NCBI GenBank assembly: GCA_958296135.2
Contig: CATQHZ020000002.1
Coordinates: forward strand, 1-64,000
Direction: 5' to 3'
DNA: 64,000 nt
Source: an uncultured Poribacteria bacterium
GTDB lineage: Bacteria; Poribacteria; WGA-4E; WGA-3G
Positions 1 to 8,553 of this stretch are shown here, piece after piece. The notes under the pieces were generated by a model. It had not been told where the DNA came from. It did no database searches and saw only the letters and a program-made list of their open reading frames with translations. Within the stretch, counting starts at the first letter, position 1; each line of letters opens with the position of its first letter. Position numbers and translations under genes: made by a program.

Positions 1-318
1 TTGCTTCCATTTTTGGTGTTTGATTTCGAGGTGAAACTGAACTAGAATCGTAAATTTTGAAATTTCCTTCTGGTTCACATATATGATCATATTGGACCCC
101 ACTTATATAATTATACCCGTAAAACTTATTATTATCTTGAAGGATCCAATAATTTTTTTGCCCATCCATATATATATTATCCTTCACATGTTTAATTAAC
201 GTCTTCATGATCTGCTCTCCTTAAACGCTCTACCTTTGCTTTTAAAAAATTAAACTGGTTATCGTCGACAATCGTTTTATTTTTCTTGCCCACAATACCA
301 GCCATTCCTTTTGCTATT

Positions 319-996
319 TTATTTAGTTCTCGTTCCCGATATCGGCGTTGCTGTCTTGTCATCTTTTTCTAGCTCCTTTGCAATTCGTTCATATCTAGAT
401 TTAGCCTGAACATAAGCTAATGAGTTTCTAACCTGTTTCGCAGCTTCCTTAAAATCGTGTTTCCTAATAGCGGCTATACATTTTTTAAACTTTTTAAACT
501 TTGGCAATCCCAAATTGAATATCATATCTAAAATAGGAACTTTTTTCTGAGATGGAATATTAGACCAATCTTCTCCAAATAGTTCTCGAGCGTCGCCTTC
601 TGCAATTAAAACTGATGTCTCTAATAAGTATTCAGCATCAGATTGAGTAAGTGGGGTAGTCCGCCAAATATCAGACATTTGGTTGATATTAAGCGGATAT
701 GGTTTCCCTGGAAATAACCTGATGTGTTCCTCTCTCGACAGGTTCCGAGACCCGATGTTCCAACCATACCCAATAGTCAGATTATTCAACGAATCTCGGT
801 ACGGCATGTCCCTGTACCCTTCCTCCATTCTAAGTTGCTTTAATAAAGTTCCTTCTGTGGACATATTATTACCCTCTGCAACAAATACAAACATTGACAC
901 GATACCTATTATTAATAATGATACAAAAATTATTACTAATATCGGTATAAAGTCTTCTGGTCTATTTTGTTTTATCATTATCCTGATCCTGACCAA
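319..996 (-). CDS. T4-type (GH24) lysozyme/endolysin with N-terminal transmembrane segment
   Basis: EEGYRDMPYRDSLNNLTIGYG matches the E-x8-D-x5-T catalytic motif; DMIFNLG..KFKK..AAI helix typical of T4-like lysozymes; hydrophobic N-terminal stretch; possible internal start at 864 (GAGGGT RBS). Confidence 0.85.
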   Translation of the reverse strand: MVRIRIMIKQNRPEDFIPILVIIFVSLLIIGIVSMFVFVAEGNNMSTEGTLLKQLRMEEGYRDMPYRDSLNNLTIGYGWNIGSRNLSREEHIRLFPGKPYPLNINQMSDIWRTTPLTQSDAEYLLETSVLIAEGDARELFGEDWSNIPSQKKVPILDMIFNLGLPKFKKFKKCIAAIRKHDFKEAAKQVRNSLAYVQAKSRYERIAKELEKDDKTATPISGTRTK

Positions 997-1165
997 TATT
1001 TTTTAATGATCTAGCCCCAACTAAACTCCCAGCTAGTCCGACTATCAATCCTACGTCAGTTATTTCTTTATCGTATATCGCTTCAAGTAATCCAAAGAAA
1101 ATTGCTAATATAGTCAGAACTATAAGTCCAATTAAATGTAATACGAATTCTTTGTCTTTAAACAT
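962..1165 (-). CDS. small two-TM membrane protein, holin candidate
   Basis: Two hydrophobic segments and a charged C-terminal tail; directly upstream of and overlapping the lysozyme gene. Confidence 0.45.
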   Translation of the reverse strand: MFKDKEFVLHLIGLIVLTILAIFFGLLEAIYDKEITDVGLIVGLAGSLVGARSLKNIGQDQDNDKTK

Positions 1166-1288
1166 GATTATTTAAATATTAGAAATGCTGCCAATCCAAC
1201 TGATAGAAAAAAAACTAATCCTAGAAGTAAATTAATAAAATTTGCTAGTGCGCCCATTCCAAAATCCATGATTAACCTCCATATAGAA

Positions 1289-1360
1289 TCTGGGTGGAGA
1301 GATTCGCACTCCCGACCTCTCGCACCCAAAACGAGCGTTCTGCTCCTGAACTACACCCAG
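1289..1360 (-). tRNA. tRNA-Pro(TGG)
   Basis: Cloverleaf on the minus strand: acceptor CTGGGTG/CACCCAG, anticodon arm CTCGT-TTTGGGT-GCGAG; T-loop is the non-canonical TGCGAAT. Confidence 0.85.
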
Positions 1361-1439
1361 ATAATTAGATGGCCACAAATCAAAAGGATTATTGTTGTGG
1401 CCAATAAGATTGTTGCTCCCAATATAATTCGATTCATTA

Positions 1440-1835
1440 TTAATTCTCCAGAACCGCTTCAGAAATAGTAAGTCTATTTTCTTCAACGATTGTAAGATAA
1501 CCAGCAAAAACTTTTGGATTATCTTTTGAATTATCCTTTAAATTATCTAATTGATCTTTACTATAATTATCTTTTAGTAGTACGATAACCAATTCTTCAT
1601 GTTCTTCAACCTTTACCCAAATCTCATTAATATGCGAAAATACCTGCACGACAATACCAGTTACGATAACTCGTTCGTCTATATGTTCTCGCCTATTACG
1701 TTCGCTTTCATTTAAGAATGAAGAATCAATTCCTGCTGGAATTCCTACTGGAAACGATACCTTTTCGCATCCTGTGCTAAATAAAGCTAAAATACCAATA
1801 ACCGCTATAAATAATCCTTCTTTTAAGTTTAACAT
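1440..1835 (-). CDS. lipoprotein, probable OB-fold
   Basis: Signal peptide ending LFSTGC (lipobox); beta-rich VIVTGIVVQV pattern. Confidence 0.55.
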   Translation of the reverse strand: MLNLKEGLFIAVIGILALFSTGCEKVSFPVGIPAGIDSSFLNESERNRREHIDERVIVTGIVVQVFSHINEIWVKVEEHEELVIVLLKDNYSKDQLDNLKDNSKDNPKVFAGYLTIVEENRLTISEAVLEN

Positions 1836-1854
1836 TGTTTTTAATCCCCTATTA

Positions 1855-2034
1855 TTAATTCCTTTTAAGTGCTTGTTCTAATTGAGTTGTCGGATAGAAC
1901 TTATACTCGTCCGTTTCTTTATTATATTGAAGCGTTCCAAATCCGGTAATTGTGACTTTGCCATCTCTTTTTAAATCTTCAGTCGCCTTTTGTGCTATGC
2001 GCGCCATGACCTCGCCTTTACTAATTCCAAACAT
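1855..2034 (-). CDS. 59-aa HU/IHF-like protein lacking the DNA-binding arms (not in ORF track)
   Basis: Hand translation MFGISKGEVMARIAQKATEDLKRDGKVTITGFGTLQYNKETDEYKFYPTTQLEQALKRN; has the HU motifs GKVxIxGFGT and F-x-P. Confidence 0.55.
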   Translation of the reverse strand: MFGISKGEVMARIAQKATEDLKRDGKVTITGFGTLQYNKETDEYKFYPTTQLEQALKRN

Positions 2035-2454
2035 TTAGTATGATCTCCTTTGCCATTTTGATGGACCAATCATTTTATTAATAGTTTTTGATACTAATCC
2101 AAAATCAGCTAAACCCCGCTGAACTGTTTTCAGATATTCTACTGTTGGTTCCATAAGCGGATACTTATCTTTTATCATCTGATAAGTCAACATTCCGTCA
2201 ATGTATATTTTGTCATAAAGATCTGGATAAACTTCAATGTAATCCAAACATTCTTCAGCTTTGGCATCGATTGCCCAACAACCACCCCAAACACAATCCT
2301 CCGGCTCCGATTCTACGATGTTCGCAAAGCATCGATATTCAACCCGATACCCATCGATCCTTCGAGGTCCAATTGGAATGGCTGTAGGACAAGCCTCTCT
2401 CATATGATCATAATCAAGATTCATTCCGTAAGCAAAATAAAGTTTTGTTTTCAT
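2035..2454 (-). CDS. gamma-glutamylcyclotransferase (AIG2-like) family protein
   Basis: LYFAYGMNL N-terminal motif, ANIV, VWG and LDxxE-YP motifs. Confidence 0.8.
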   Translation of the reverse strand: MKTKLYFAYGMNLDYDHMREACPTAIPIGPRRIDGYRVEYRCFANIVESEPEDCVWGGCWAIDAKAEECLDYIEVYPDLYDKIYIDGMLTYQMIKDKYPLMEPTVEYLKTVQRGLADFGLVSKTINKMIGPSKWQRRSY

Positions 2455-2455
2455 A

Positions 2456-2950
2456 TTATTTACAGTCGGTTAATCCAACCCAATCAAATTTTAAAGTTTG
2501 AATTTCGCCTTCAATAGTTACTATTTCACCTTCATCATATTTATCATTTTGAGTTAGATCTTCTCCAGATCTAAAATTATAACCAGTTACCGATAATACA
2601 GATAAACCATTATCATCAGAAATAAGAAGTGCTACCTCTTTATCTGTTCTAGCTTTTACTATTCCAGTAAATGATTTTCTATTAAACTTACTTGGAAGTA
2701 TTTCAATAGAATCTATATCGGATTTTGTCATATCGATTCGAACTTTTACATTTTCTAAATTTACATGTTTTGAAAGAAATCTTATATCTATAGGTTGGCC
2801 ATTTATTTCAAGCCTAGTAAAATCATTATATCTTACTTGATTTTCTACATAACCAGTAATACTAGATTCAACTTCTTCATTATTTACGCTTTCAGAACAG
2901 CCAATAATAAGCAAACATAAACTGAACGCTAAAATGTTTTTAAGATTCAA
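2456..2950 (-). CDS. lipoprotein, hypothetical
   Basis: Signal peptide with lipobox LIIGC. Confidence 0.55.
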   Translation of the reverse strand: MNLKNILAFSLCLLIIGCSESVNNEEVESSITGYVENQVRYNDFTRLEINGQPIDIRFLSKHVNLENVKVRIDMTKSDIDSIEILPSKFNRKSFTGIVKARTDKEVALLISDDNGLSVLSVTGYNFRSGEDLTQNDKYDEGEIVTIEGEIQTLKFDWVGLTDCK

Positions 2951-3150
2951 AATACTCTCCTATCTATTTTTTCAAAATAATCTTTATAAGATCGATTAAT
3001 TAATTCTAGAATACTATATTTAAGATCAGTTATGAAGCCTCTAATCTCTTCATCACTCTTAACCCAAGATTGTAATTGCTCTTCGCTTGGGTCTTCCGGC
3101 CAAAAATGAGCATCTTCAGCAAATTCTGTATCGCGTCCTGAATGTTTCAT
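2947..3150 (-). CDS. hypothetical protein
   Basis: Co-oriented ORF with a GAGGT RBS. Confidence 0.6.
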   Translation of the reverse strand: MKHSGRDTEFAEDAHFWPEDPSEEQLQSWVKSDEEIRGFITDLKYSILELINRSYKDYFEKIDRRVF

Positions 3151-3168
3151 GTTACTACCTCAAAAAGT

Positions 3169-3420
3169 TTATGAAGGACTTTTTATCTTATCTGATTTCA
3201 TAGGTGGCGGTTCCCAAAGATATTGCTCGTCTAAATACTCTTGAATTGTAGCCTCAGCAACATCTAATTCAGCCTTTGCTTGCTTATATTCATTTTCATA
3301 TATGTCATTGATCTTAGCGGTTACCAGTTTATATTTGATAACCGCTTTTTCATATTCCAGATATTTAGCTTTAACTTTTTGGTCGCAAAAGCGATCCCAT
3401 TTTTCATATACTTCGTTCAT
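3169..3420 (-). CDS. hypothetical helical protein
   Basis: Co-oriented ORF with an AGGA RBS. Confidence 0.6.
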   Translation of the reverse strand: MNEVYEKWDRFCDQKVKAKYLEYEKAVIKYKLVTAKINDIYENEYKQAKAELDVAEATIQEYLDEQYLWEPPPMKSDKIKSPS

Positions 3421-3585
3421 TTAGTTTCCTTTTTAATAAAGATAAAAATACAATATCTTTTTTAAACTTCTCGAAAACATCATAAATAAGTTTAGTATTA
3501 TGTAGTCCGCATAAATTATCAAAATTATTCATTAAAAGAAATGTAATAATTTTCGATTCTTGATCAGTAGCATATTTTATTTTTG

Positions 3586-3840
3586 TCACTTGACTACCTT
3601 AATTTCCAAATCTTTATAGCTTTGAAGTTCGTCCAAAGAAATGTTTAGTACTTCTTCTACATCCTTAACCAAATCGCTTAATGGATGAATAGCAATATTT
3701 GGATTTAAAGTATCTACTGTTGCTGGTTCTCCATCTATTTTAGTAACTTTATATTCAGATTCGCCCATCCAACGCTCTTCGTCTTCTGTATCCGTATAAT
3801 CAACATACAAATTCATTCTGAACTTTTTTACGATAGCCAT
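3586..3840 (-). CDS. hypothetical protein (start revised to MAIVKK)
   Basis: AAGGAAG RBS precedes the ATG at 3840. Confidence 0.55.
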   Translation of the reverse strand: MAIVKKFRMNLYVDYTDTEDEERWMGESEYKVTKIDGEPATVDTLNPNIAIHPLSDLVKDVEEVLNISLDELQSYKDLEIKVVK

Positions 3841-3865
3841 TTTAACTTCCTTTTTGATGTAATTT

Positions 3866-4153
3866 TTAGTAATGTAATGTATAACCCGAAAAAATTCGAT
3901 TAACAATATAATTTATTCTTTCATTATTTAAAACTTGCGGTTTTTTAAATAATTCTAATTCTAATTGAGCGGAACGAAATTCTGATTGTTTTCTTAAACG
4001 TTGTATTTTACGATTATTATCTATTAGATTTGCGGTTTTCGGATATAGTTTTCTTTGTTCATCTAGTTCCAATTGTAATGCTTTAGCTTCATTAGAAACC
4101 ATATCTTCATGTTCCCATTTATCTAATTGAGTTTGTATGTCTTTAAGATTCAT
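3866..4153 (-). CDS. hypothetical coiled-coil protein
   Basis: Co-oriented ORF with an AGGA RBS. Confidence 0.55.
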   Translation of the reverse strand: MNLKDIQTQLDKWEHEDMVSNEAKALQLELDEQRKLYPKTANLIDNNRKIQRLRKQSEFRSAQLELELFKKPQVLNNERINYIVNRIFSGYTLHY

Positions 4154-4167
4154 ATTATTCCTAATAA

Positions 4168-4920
4168 TTAATCTAACTGATATTCTCTTTTATTTCCAGT
4201 TCTTAAAACGTTCGCATAGCGATGAAATCGGTTTTTATCTAAACGTCTAAATGTTTTAGAGTAAACTGATTCGCGAGTCATAGCTTTAAGTATTTCATCA
4301 GCAGCAATTTGAAGATTATTTACCTTAAACGCTTCATCAGCAGCAATTTGAAGATTATTTACCTTAAACGCTTCATCAGCCGCAATTTTAAGATTATTTG
4401 CCTTAAATGCTGCAAATACCGGAATTTGAAGATAATTTACCTTAAACGCTTCAATTACTTTCTCAAACTCATTAAATCTATATGCATCCAAAGTAAATAT
4501 TATCTGAATTAGCACTTCTTGTGCATATCCAGGTAAGAAATTAAGATTACGAACATTACCCATCTTCTTTTTTGCTCTATAATAAGCTATATCAATATCT
4601 CGTTCGAGTAACTCAGATATTATCTTATCAGATAAGGATTTATTATTAGTAAAATCTTGCCAACTTCTAAGATTATCAAAACAAATACCACTACACGTAA
4701 TATCTTCTAGATTAATATCATCACGTAGATTGAGTGAACGTAATACCCCAAGTATGTCTCTAAAAGATAATCCTCTTGTTTTAAGATTTCTACCAATTCC
4801 AATCATAGGTATACCTTCGCTATTAAGATAAGCATAACCTTTTTTAGCCTCGTTCGGTGCACCCCTTCTCTCATCTCTAATCAGAACTTTCTCTATAAAA
4901 TTCATATCAGCGGATTTCAT
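4168..4920 (-). CDS. second T4-type lysozyme-like protein with divergent catalytic motif and internal tandem repeat
   Basis: LIRDE...AYLNSEGIPMIGIGRNL and C-terminal IAADEIL...NRFHRYANVLRTG resemble T4 lysozyme. Confidence 0.7.
   Translation of the reverse strand: MKSADMNFIEKVLIRDERRGAPNEAKKGYAYLNSEGIPMIGIGRNLKTRGLSFRDILGVLRSLNLRDDINLEDITCSGICFDNLRSWQDFTNNKSLSDKIISELLERDIDIAYYRAKKKMGNVRNLNFLPGYAQEVLIQIIFTLDAYRFNEFEKVIEAFKVNYLQIPVFAAFKANNLKIAADEAFKVNNLQIAADEAFKVNNLQIAADEILKAMTRESVYSKTFRRLDKNRFHRYANVLRTGNKREYQLD
4294..4452. repeat. 39-bp tandem repeat (13-aa unit AFKVNNLQIAADE), three copies plus a partial copy
   Basis: TTCATCAGCAGCAATTTGAAGATTATTTACCTTAAACGC at 4294 and 4333, a variant at 4372, partial copy at 4423. 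Confidence 0.95.
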
Positions 4921-4923
4921 TAT

Positions 4924-6879
4924 TTACCTTTTTAATATTTGTAAAAGACTTCCGTCTTTATGACATAATTTTAATTCTTCAGCGAATTTATTCCAAGTAT
5001 CAGAACCCCAAGTTTCGGGTTCGGTTCCAACCATCGATTTAAACGCTTCATAAACATCAGCAACATAAAGATCTAAGTTATCTAAGAACCAATCTTGCAT
5101 ACTCATTAATGTTGCACGAGCATCATTCTTAGCGGTTTCAATTAGTTTTGCAGTATCAGATATTTTCCAGTCTTGAACTGAAATTCTAAGTTCATTCTTA
5201 CCTCGCCAAGTATTAAGTTCAGGATAATAAAGCATATTAAACGATAAATCTTTTGTGTCTAGCGTTTGCTTATATTCGCGACTACGCCATTGTAATCCAG
5301 ATACTTCAGATCCCTTTTGCGTCGCAAAGAATTTTAGATGCTCTTTTGTTGCACCATAGAAATCCGTTCCTTCTTCCAATGTTATTCCTGATGTCTGAAT
5401 TAATGGATACCGATTTTTTTGACCACAAGGTTCGAGAAGATTAATTTCTTTTAATAAGTCTCGATCAATATCAGAGAAATCTAGTTCATAATCAATATCA
5501 AATCCAGACTCGATCTTTTCAGTGTCAATATTTGATGTCGCATACTTATTTAGTTTATCTCTGAATTCGTCAACATCGCTTTTATTAAGTGATAATCCAG
5601 CTGCCGCAGCATGACCACCATGCGTTAATAAAACGTCAGAACAGTTTAAAAGGGCTTCCGATAAATTTAAACTATCATCACCTCTACCTGATCCTGAAGC
5701 TTTGTCATCATTAACGGTTAATAGGACTACTGGTTTACCAAACTTTTCCATGAGTTGCGACGCTACAATTCCAACAACGCCTTTAGCTCTATCACCCCAA
5801 TCATGTGCTACAACAATCGCATTATCATTCTCTAATTTATCTTGCTTAATAACTTTGACAGCATCCTCATAAATCGATTTCTGATATTGCTTTCGTTGAG
5901 CATTCATAGCGTCTAGTTCGCCAGCAATCTTTTCGGCTCTGTTGTAAGATGATTCCATAAGTAAACCAACAACAACTTCAGCTCTTCCCATTCTGCCAGC
6001 TGCATTAATTCGAGGTCCAAGCCCAAACGAAAAATCATAACCAGTTAATGCCTTTTGAGTTCCTTGATTAGCAACAGCACATAACGCCCGAATACCTGGT
6101 CTCCTTGGTTTACCATTATTAAGTTGATCTAAACCCATCTTCGTCAAAATTCTATTTTCACCATTTAAAGGAGCAACATCAACAATAGTTCCCACTGTGA
6201 CCAAATCAAGCAATGAATACAAATATTTATTATTATCAATAAATGCAGATGCCAATTTAAAAGATAAGCCAACCCCAGCAAGATCCTTATATGGATAATC
6301 GTTCTCTACTGCATGCGGAGTAATAAGCGCAAGAGCATCAGGAACCCGATTTTGATCTGGTAAATGATGATCTGTGATTATAACATCCATTCCCAAGAAG
6401 TTAGCATAAGCAACTTCATTAATTGCTGTAACCCCACAATCCACAGTAATGATAAGGGTATATCCTTTCTTTCTAATCTGAGTTAAGCTTTCTTTATTAG
6501 GACCATAACCCTCAGTAAATCTATTTGGAATATAATATCCAACCTTCGCAGCACCTTTTAGTTCAAGAGCGTTTAAGAGAACCGCTATTGCAGTTGTTCC
6601 ATCAGAATCATAATCACCATAAATTAGTATTGATTCTTGATCTTTAATAGCTCGCTCAATTCGATCTACAGCTTTATTCATATTGGGAAGCAAGAACGGA
6701 TCATGCAAATCAGCAAACTTTGGAAATAAATATTTGCGCGCCGCTTCCAAATCTTCAATACCTCTATTAATTAGTAAGGAGCTAAGAAATGAACTAATTC
6801 CTAATTCCTTACTAAACTGATTAACCAAGTTTTTATCTGGAGTTTTGACATTCCACGGTTTCTGTTTCGGTAGATTCAT
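4924..6879 (-). CDS. recJ: single-stranded DNA exonuclease RecJ
   Basis: GDYDSDG, ITVDCG, TDHH, GPRINAAGRM and GGHAAAAG motifs of the DHH/DHHA1 family. Confidence 0.95.
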   Translation of the reverse strand: MNLPKQKPWNVKTPDKNLVNQFSKELGISSFLSSLLINRGIEDLEAARKYLFPKFADLHDPFLLPNMNKAVDRIERAIKDQESILIYGDYDSDGTTAIAVLLNALELKGAAKVGYYIPNRFTEGYGPNKESLTQIRKKGYTLIITVDCGVTAINEVAYANFLGMDVIITDHHLPDQNRVPDALALITPHAVENDYPYKDLAGVGLSFKLASAFIDNNKYLYSLLDLVTVGTIVDVAPLNGENRILTKMGLDQLNNGKPRRPGIRALCAVANQGTQKALTGYDFSFGLGPRINAAGRMGRAEVVVGLLMESSYNRAEKIAGELDAMNAQRKQYQKSIYEDAVKVIKQDKLENDNAIVVAHDWGDRAKGVVGIVASQLMEKFGKPVVLLTVNDDKASGSGRGDDSLNLSEALLNCSDVLLTHGGHAAAAGLSLNKSDVDEFRDKLNKYATSNIDTEKIESGFDIDYELDFSDIDRDLLKEINLLEPCGQKNRYPLIQTSGITLEEGTDFYGATKEHLKFFATQKGSEVSGLQWRSREYKQTLDTKDLSFNMLYYPELNTWRGKNELRISVQDWKISDTAKLIETAKNDARATLMSMQDWFLDNLDLYVADVYEAFKSMVGTEPETWGSDTWNKFAEELKLCHKDGSLLQILKR

Positions 6880-6880
6880 A

Positions 6881-7213
6881 TTACCCTCGCATGATTATTT
6901 CGGCTACCTTTTCACATTCATCTCTTGTCCCTCTAAATACATCTCGTCGTTGCTGATCATTAATTTGCCGATAAAATTTACTAATATCACTCGGTTTTAT
7001 CTTTTCTTCTGGCAAAGGACCAGGCAACCAAAGATCGTTTATATTTAATAATATTACAACTTCCCAATCATCATCATCATAACCATCGCGCCCTTGATAT
7101 TCAAAACTAATTTCTGCAATTGCACTTCGGGCTACCCAAGAATTATCTGTCGTTTTAACCCAACCCTCAAATATCAATTCATATGGATTATTCATTCTAT
7201 CTCCTATTTCCAT
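6881..7213 (-). CDS. hypothetical protein
   Basis: ORF directly downstream of a conserved AT-rich promoter motif. Confidence 0.6.
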   Translation of the reverse strand: MEIGDRMNNPYELIFEGWVKTTDNSWVARSAIAEISFEYQGRDGYDDDDWEVVILLNINDLWLPGPLPEEKIKPSDISKFYRQINDQQRRDVFRGTRDECEKVAEIIMRG

Positions 7214-7220
7214 TAGGCTA

Positions 7221-7261
7221 TATTATTAAAATATTAAATTTTCAACAAGATTTAAATCCAA
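7221..7261 (-). promoter_or_regulatory. 41-bp conserved phage promoter motif, class M, copy 1 of 5
   Basis: Minus strand TTGGATTTAAA-N5-TTGAAAATTTAATATTTTAwTAATA; copies at 7221, 11366, 14832, 18689 and 50504, all intergenic and upstream of minus-strand genes. Confidence 0.8.
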
Positions 7262-7270
7262 TGAAAAATT

Positions 7271-7344
7271 TGCTGGCGAAAGGAATTTCACCTTTGACCC
7301 CTTGAATTGTTACTTCAAGATTCTAATAACTGAACTACACCAGC
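7271..7344 (-). tRNA. atypical tRNA-like gene, apparent anticodon AAC (Val?), possibly a pseudo-tRNA
   Basis: Acceptor GCTGGTG/CGCCAGC-A, D-arm GTTC/GAAT, anticodon arm TTGAA-GTAACAA-TTCAA, T-arm AAAGG-TGAAATT-CCTTT. Confidence 0.55.
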
Positions 7345-7346
7345 TA

Positions 7347-7431
7347 CATCGGTGGTGTGATTCGAACACACATTGTCATAAAAAAGACACGGATTAACAG
7401 TCCGTTGCATTACCAAGTCTGCCACACCGAT
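7347..7431 (-). tRNA. tRNA with Asn anticodon (GTT) and a long variable arm
   Basis: ATCGGTG/CACCGAT-G acceptor, ACGGA-CTGTTAA-TCCGT anticodon arm, GTC-TTTTTTAT-GAC variable arm, GTGTG-TTCGAAT-CACAC T-arm. Confidence 0.85.
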
Positions 7432-8122
7432 ATGCATTCCTATCTCTAAGCTTAACTTTCTCTTTTAAAAGAATATTTCTAATAAGAATATGACTACAAT
7501 TATATTTTCTAGATAAAGACCCAAGAGATAATCCAGATTTATATTCATTAACAATAATATTTGATTTATTCCAAAGATCAGGTCTTCCTGTTTTAAACTG
7601 AATTCCTGCTTCTTTAAGAATTTTTCTAATAAGGCCAATACTACAGTCATATTCTTTAGCTATAAGTTTTGTAGATAACCCAGATTTATATTTATTGACA
7701 ATAGATTCTTTATCGTTCCAAATATTATAGATCTTACTATGGACTAATTGTTTAGTTTTTATTCCTTCTTCACTACCATGATATTTCAATAATGATTTGC
7801 TAATTTTTCTTTTAGTTTCTTCGCTCTGCAACCCATTACTTCCGCCATACTTTAAATTATACCCATTTGGTGCCAAAGTATTCCAAATTAATATACAATG
7901 CTTTTCTAGCCATTCTAAATCTTTAAGATCAACATTTTCATGAAGTTTTATTACTTCAAATTTATCCCATCCATGTTCTTTAATCGAACTATGAAGATAT
8001 TGATATTTACTATTAGCTTTTTTATGTTGTCGCATCCTATCTTTAAAATCGGTCGTTTGCCCAATATATTCTTTTTTGGTCACAGTGTTAGTGATCTTAT
8101 AAACTATTCCAGTCGTAATCAT
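7394..8122 (-). CDS. free-standing GIY-YIG homing endonuclease (Seg-like) with C-terminal HTH repeats
   Basis: GIVYKITN...EYIGQT, R..QH, LEK..I and NGYN motifs; NUMOD3-like SEETKRKIS; two YxSGLS..LxxxYxCS HTH repeats. Confidence 0.9.
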   Translation of the reverse strand: MITTGIVYKITNTVTKKEYIGQTTDFKDRMRQHKKANSKYQYLHSSIKEHGWDKFEVIKLHENVDLKDLEWLEKHCILIWNTLAPNGYNLKYGGSNGLQSEETKRKISKSLLKYHGSEEGIKTKQLVHSKIYNIWNDKESIVNKYKSGLSTKLIAKEYDCSIGLIRKILKEAGIQFKTGRPDLWNKSNIIVNEYKSGLSLGSLSRKYNCSHILIRNILLKEKVKLRDRNAYRCGRLGNATDC

Positions 8123-8143
8123 TATTAATTATACTCCAATAAA

Positions 8144-8234
8144 CGGGAACGTTGGGATTTGAACCCAAGAAGGATCTTTCGATCCTTGGTAGATTTCAAA
8201 TCTACTGCGTTAAGCCGGACTCCGCCACATTCCC
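8144..8234 (-). tRNA. tRNA-Ser(TGA)
   Basis: GGGAATG/CGTTCCC-G acceptor, GTAGA-TTTGAAA-TCTAC anticodon arm, long variable arm AAGGATC-GAAA-GATCCTT, TTCAAAT T-loop. Confidence 0.92.
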
Positions 8235-8238
8235 AAAG

Positions 8239-8310
8239 TGGATCCGCTGGAATTTGCATCCAGGTAATTTCGTTTATGAGACGAATGCCTTACTAGTCAG
8301 CCACGGATCC
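8239..8310 (-). tRNA. tRNA with CAT anticodon (Met or Ile2)
   Basis: GGATCCG/CGGATCC-A acceptor, TTCGT-CTCATAA-ACGAA anticodon arm; non-canonical T-loop TGCAAAT. Confidence 0.8.
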
Positions 8311-8553
8311 AATAACTTTAATTCCCGATTTCTCGGTTTCCTTAATTAATCCTAATTCTTTTTCAAGTAAATATTTTGCGGTATGAATTTCAAACCAAAG
8401 CATTCTACTTTGCACATCATCATATTTACCTGAGTCGAGCATTTCGTCTAATACGCTATCTAAGCGAGCTATCGCAATTTCTATTGGCCTAATGAAAGGA
8501 ATTATATTTGACATAATAGATGTGAAGGGAGCCAAAAAAGGCTCCCAATAAAT

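Noticed and set aside
1232-1507. ORFs overlapping tRNA genes (1232-1507, 1268-1468, 8152-8349)
   Set aside because: Better explained by the tRNA cloverleafs.
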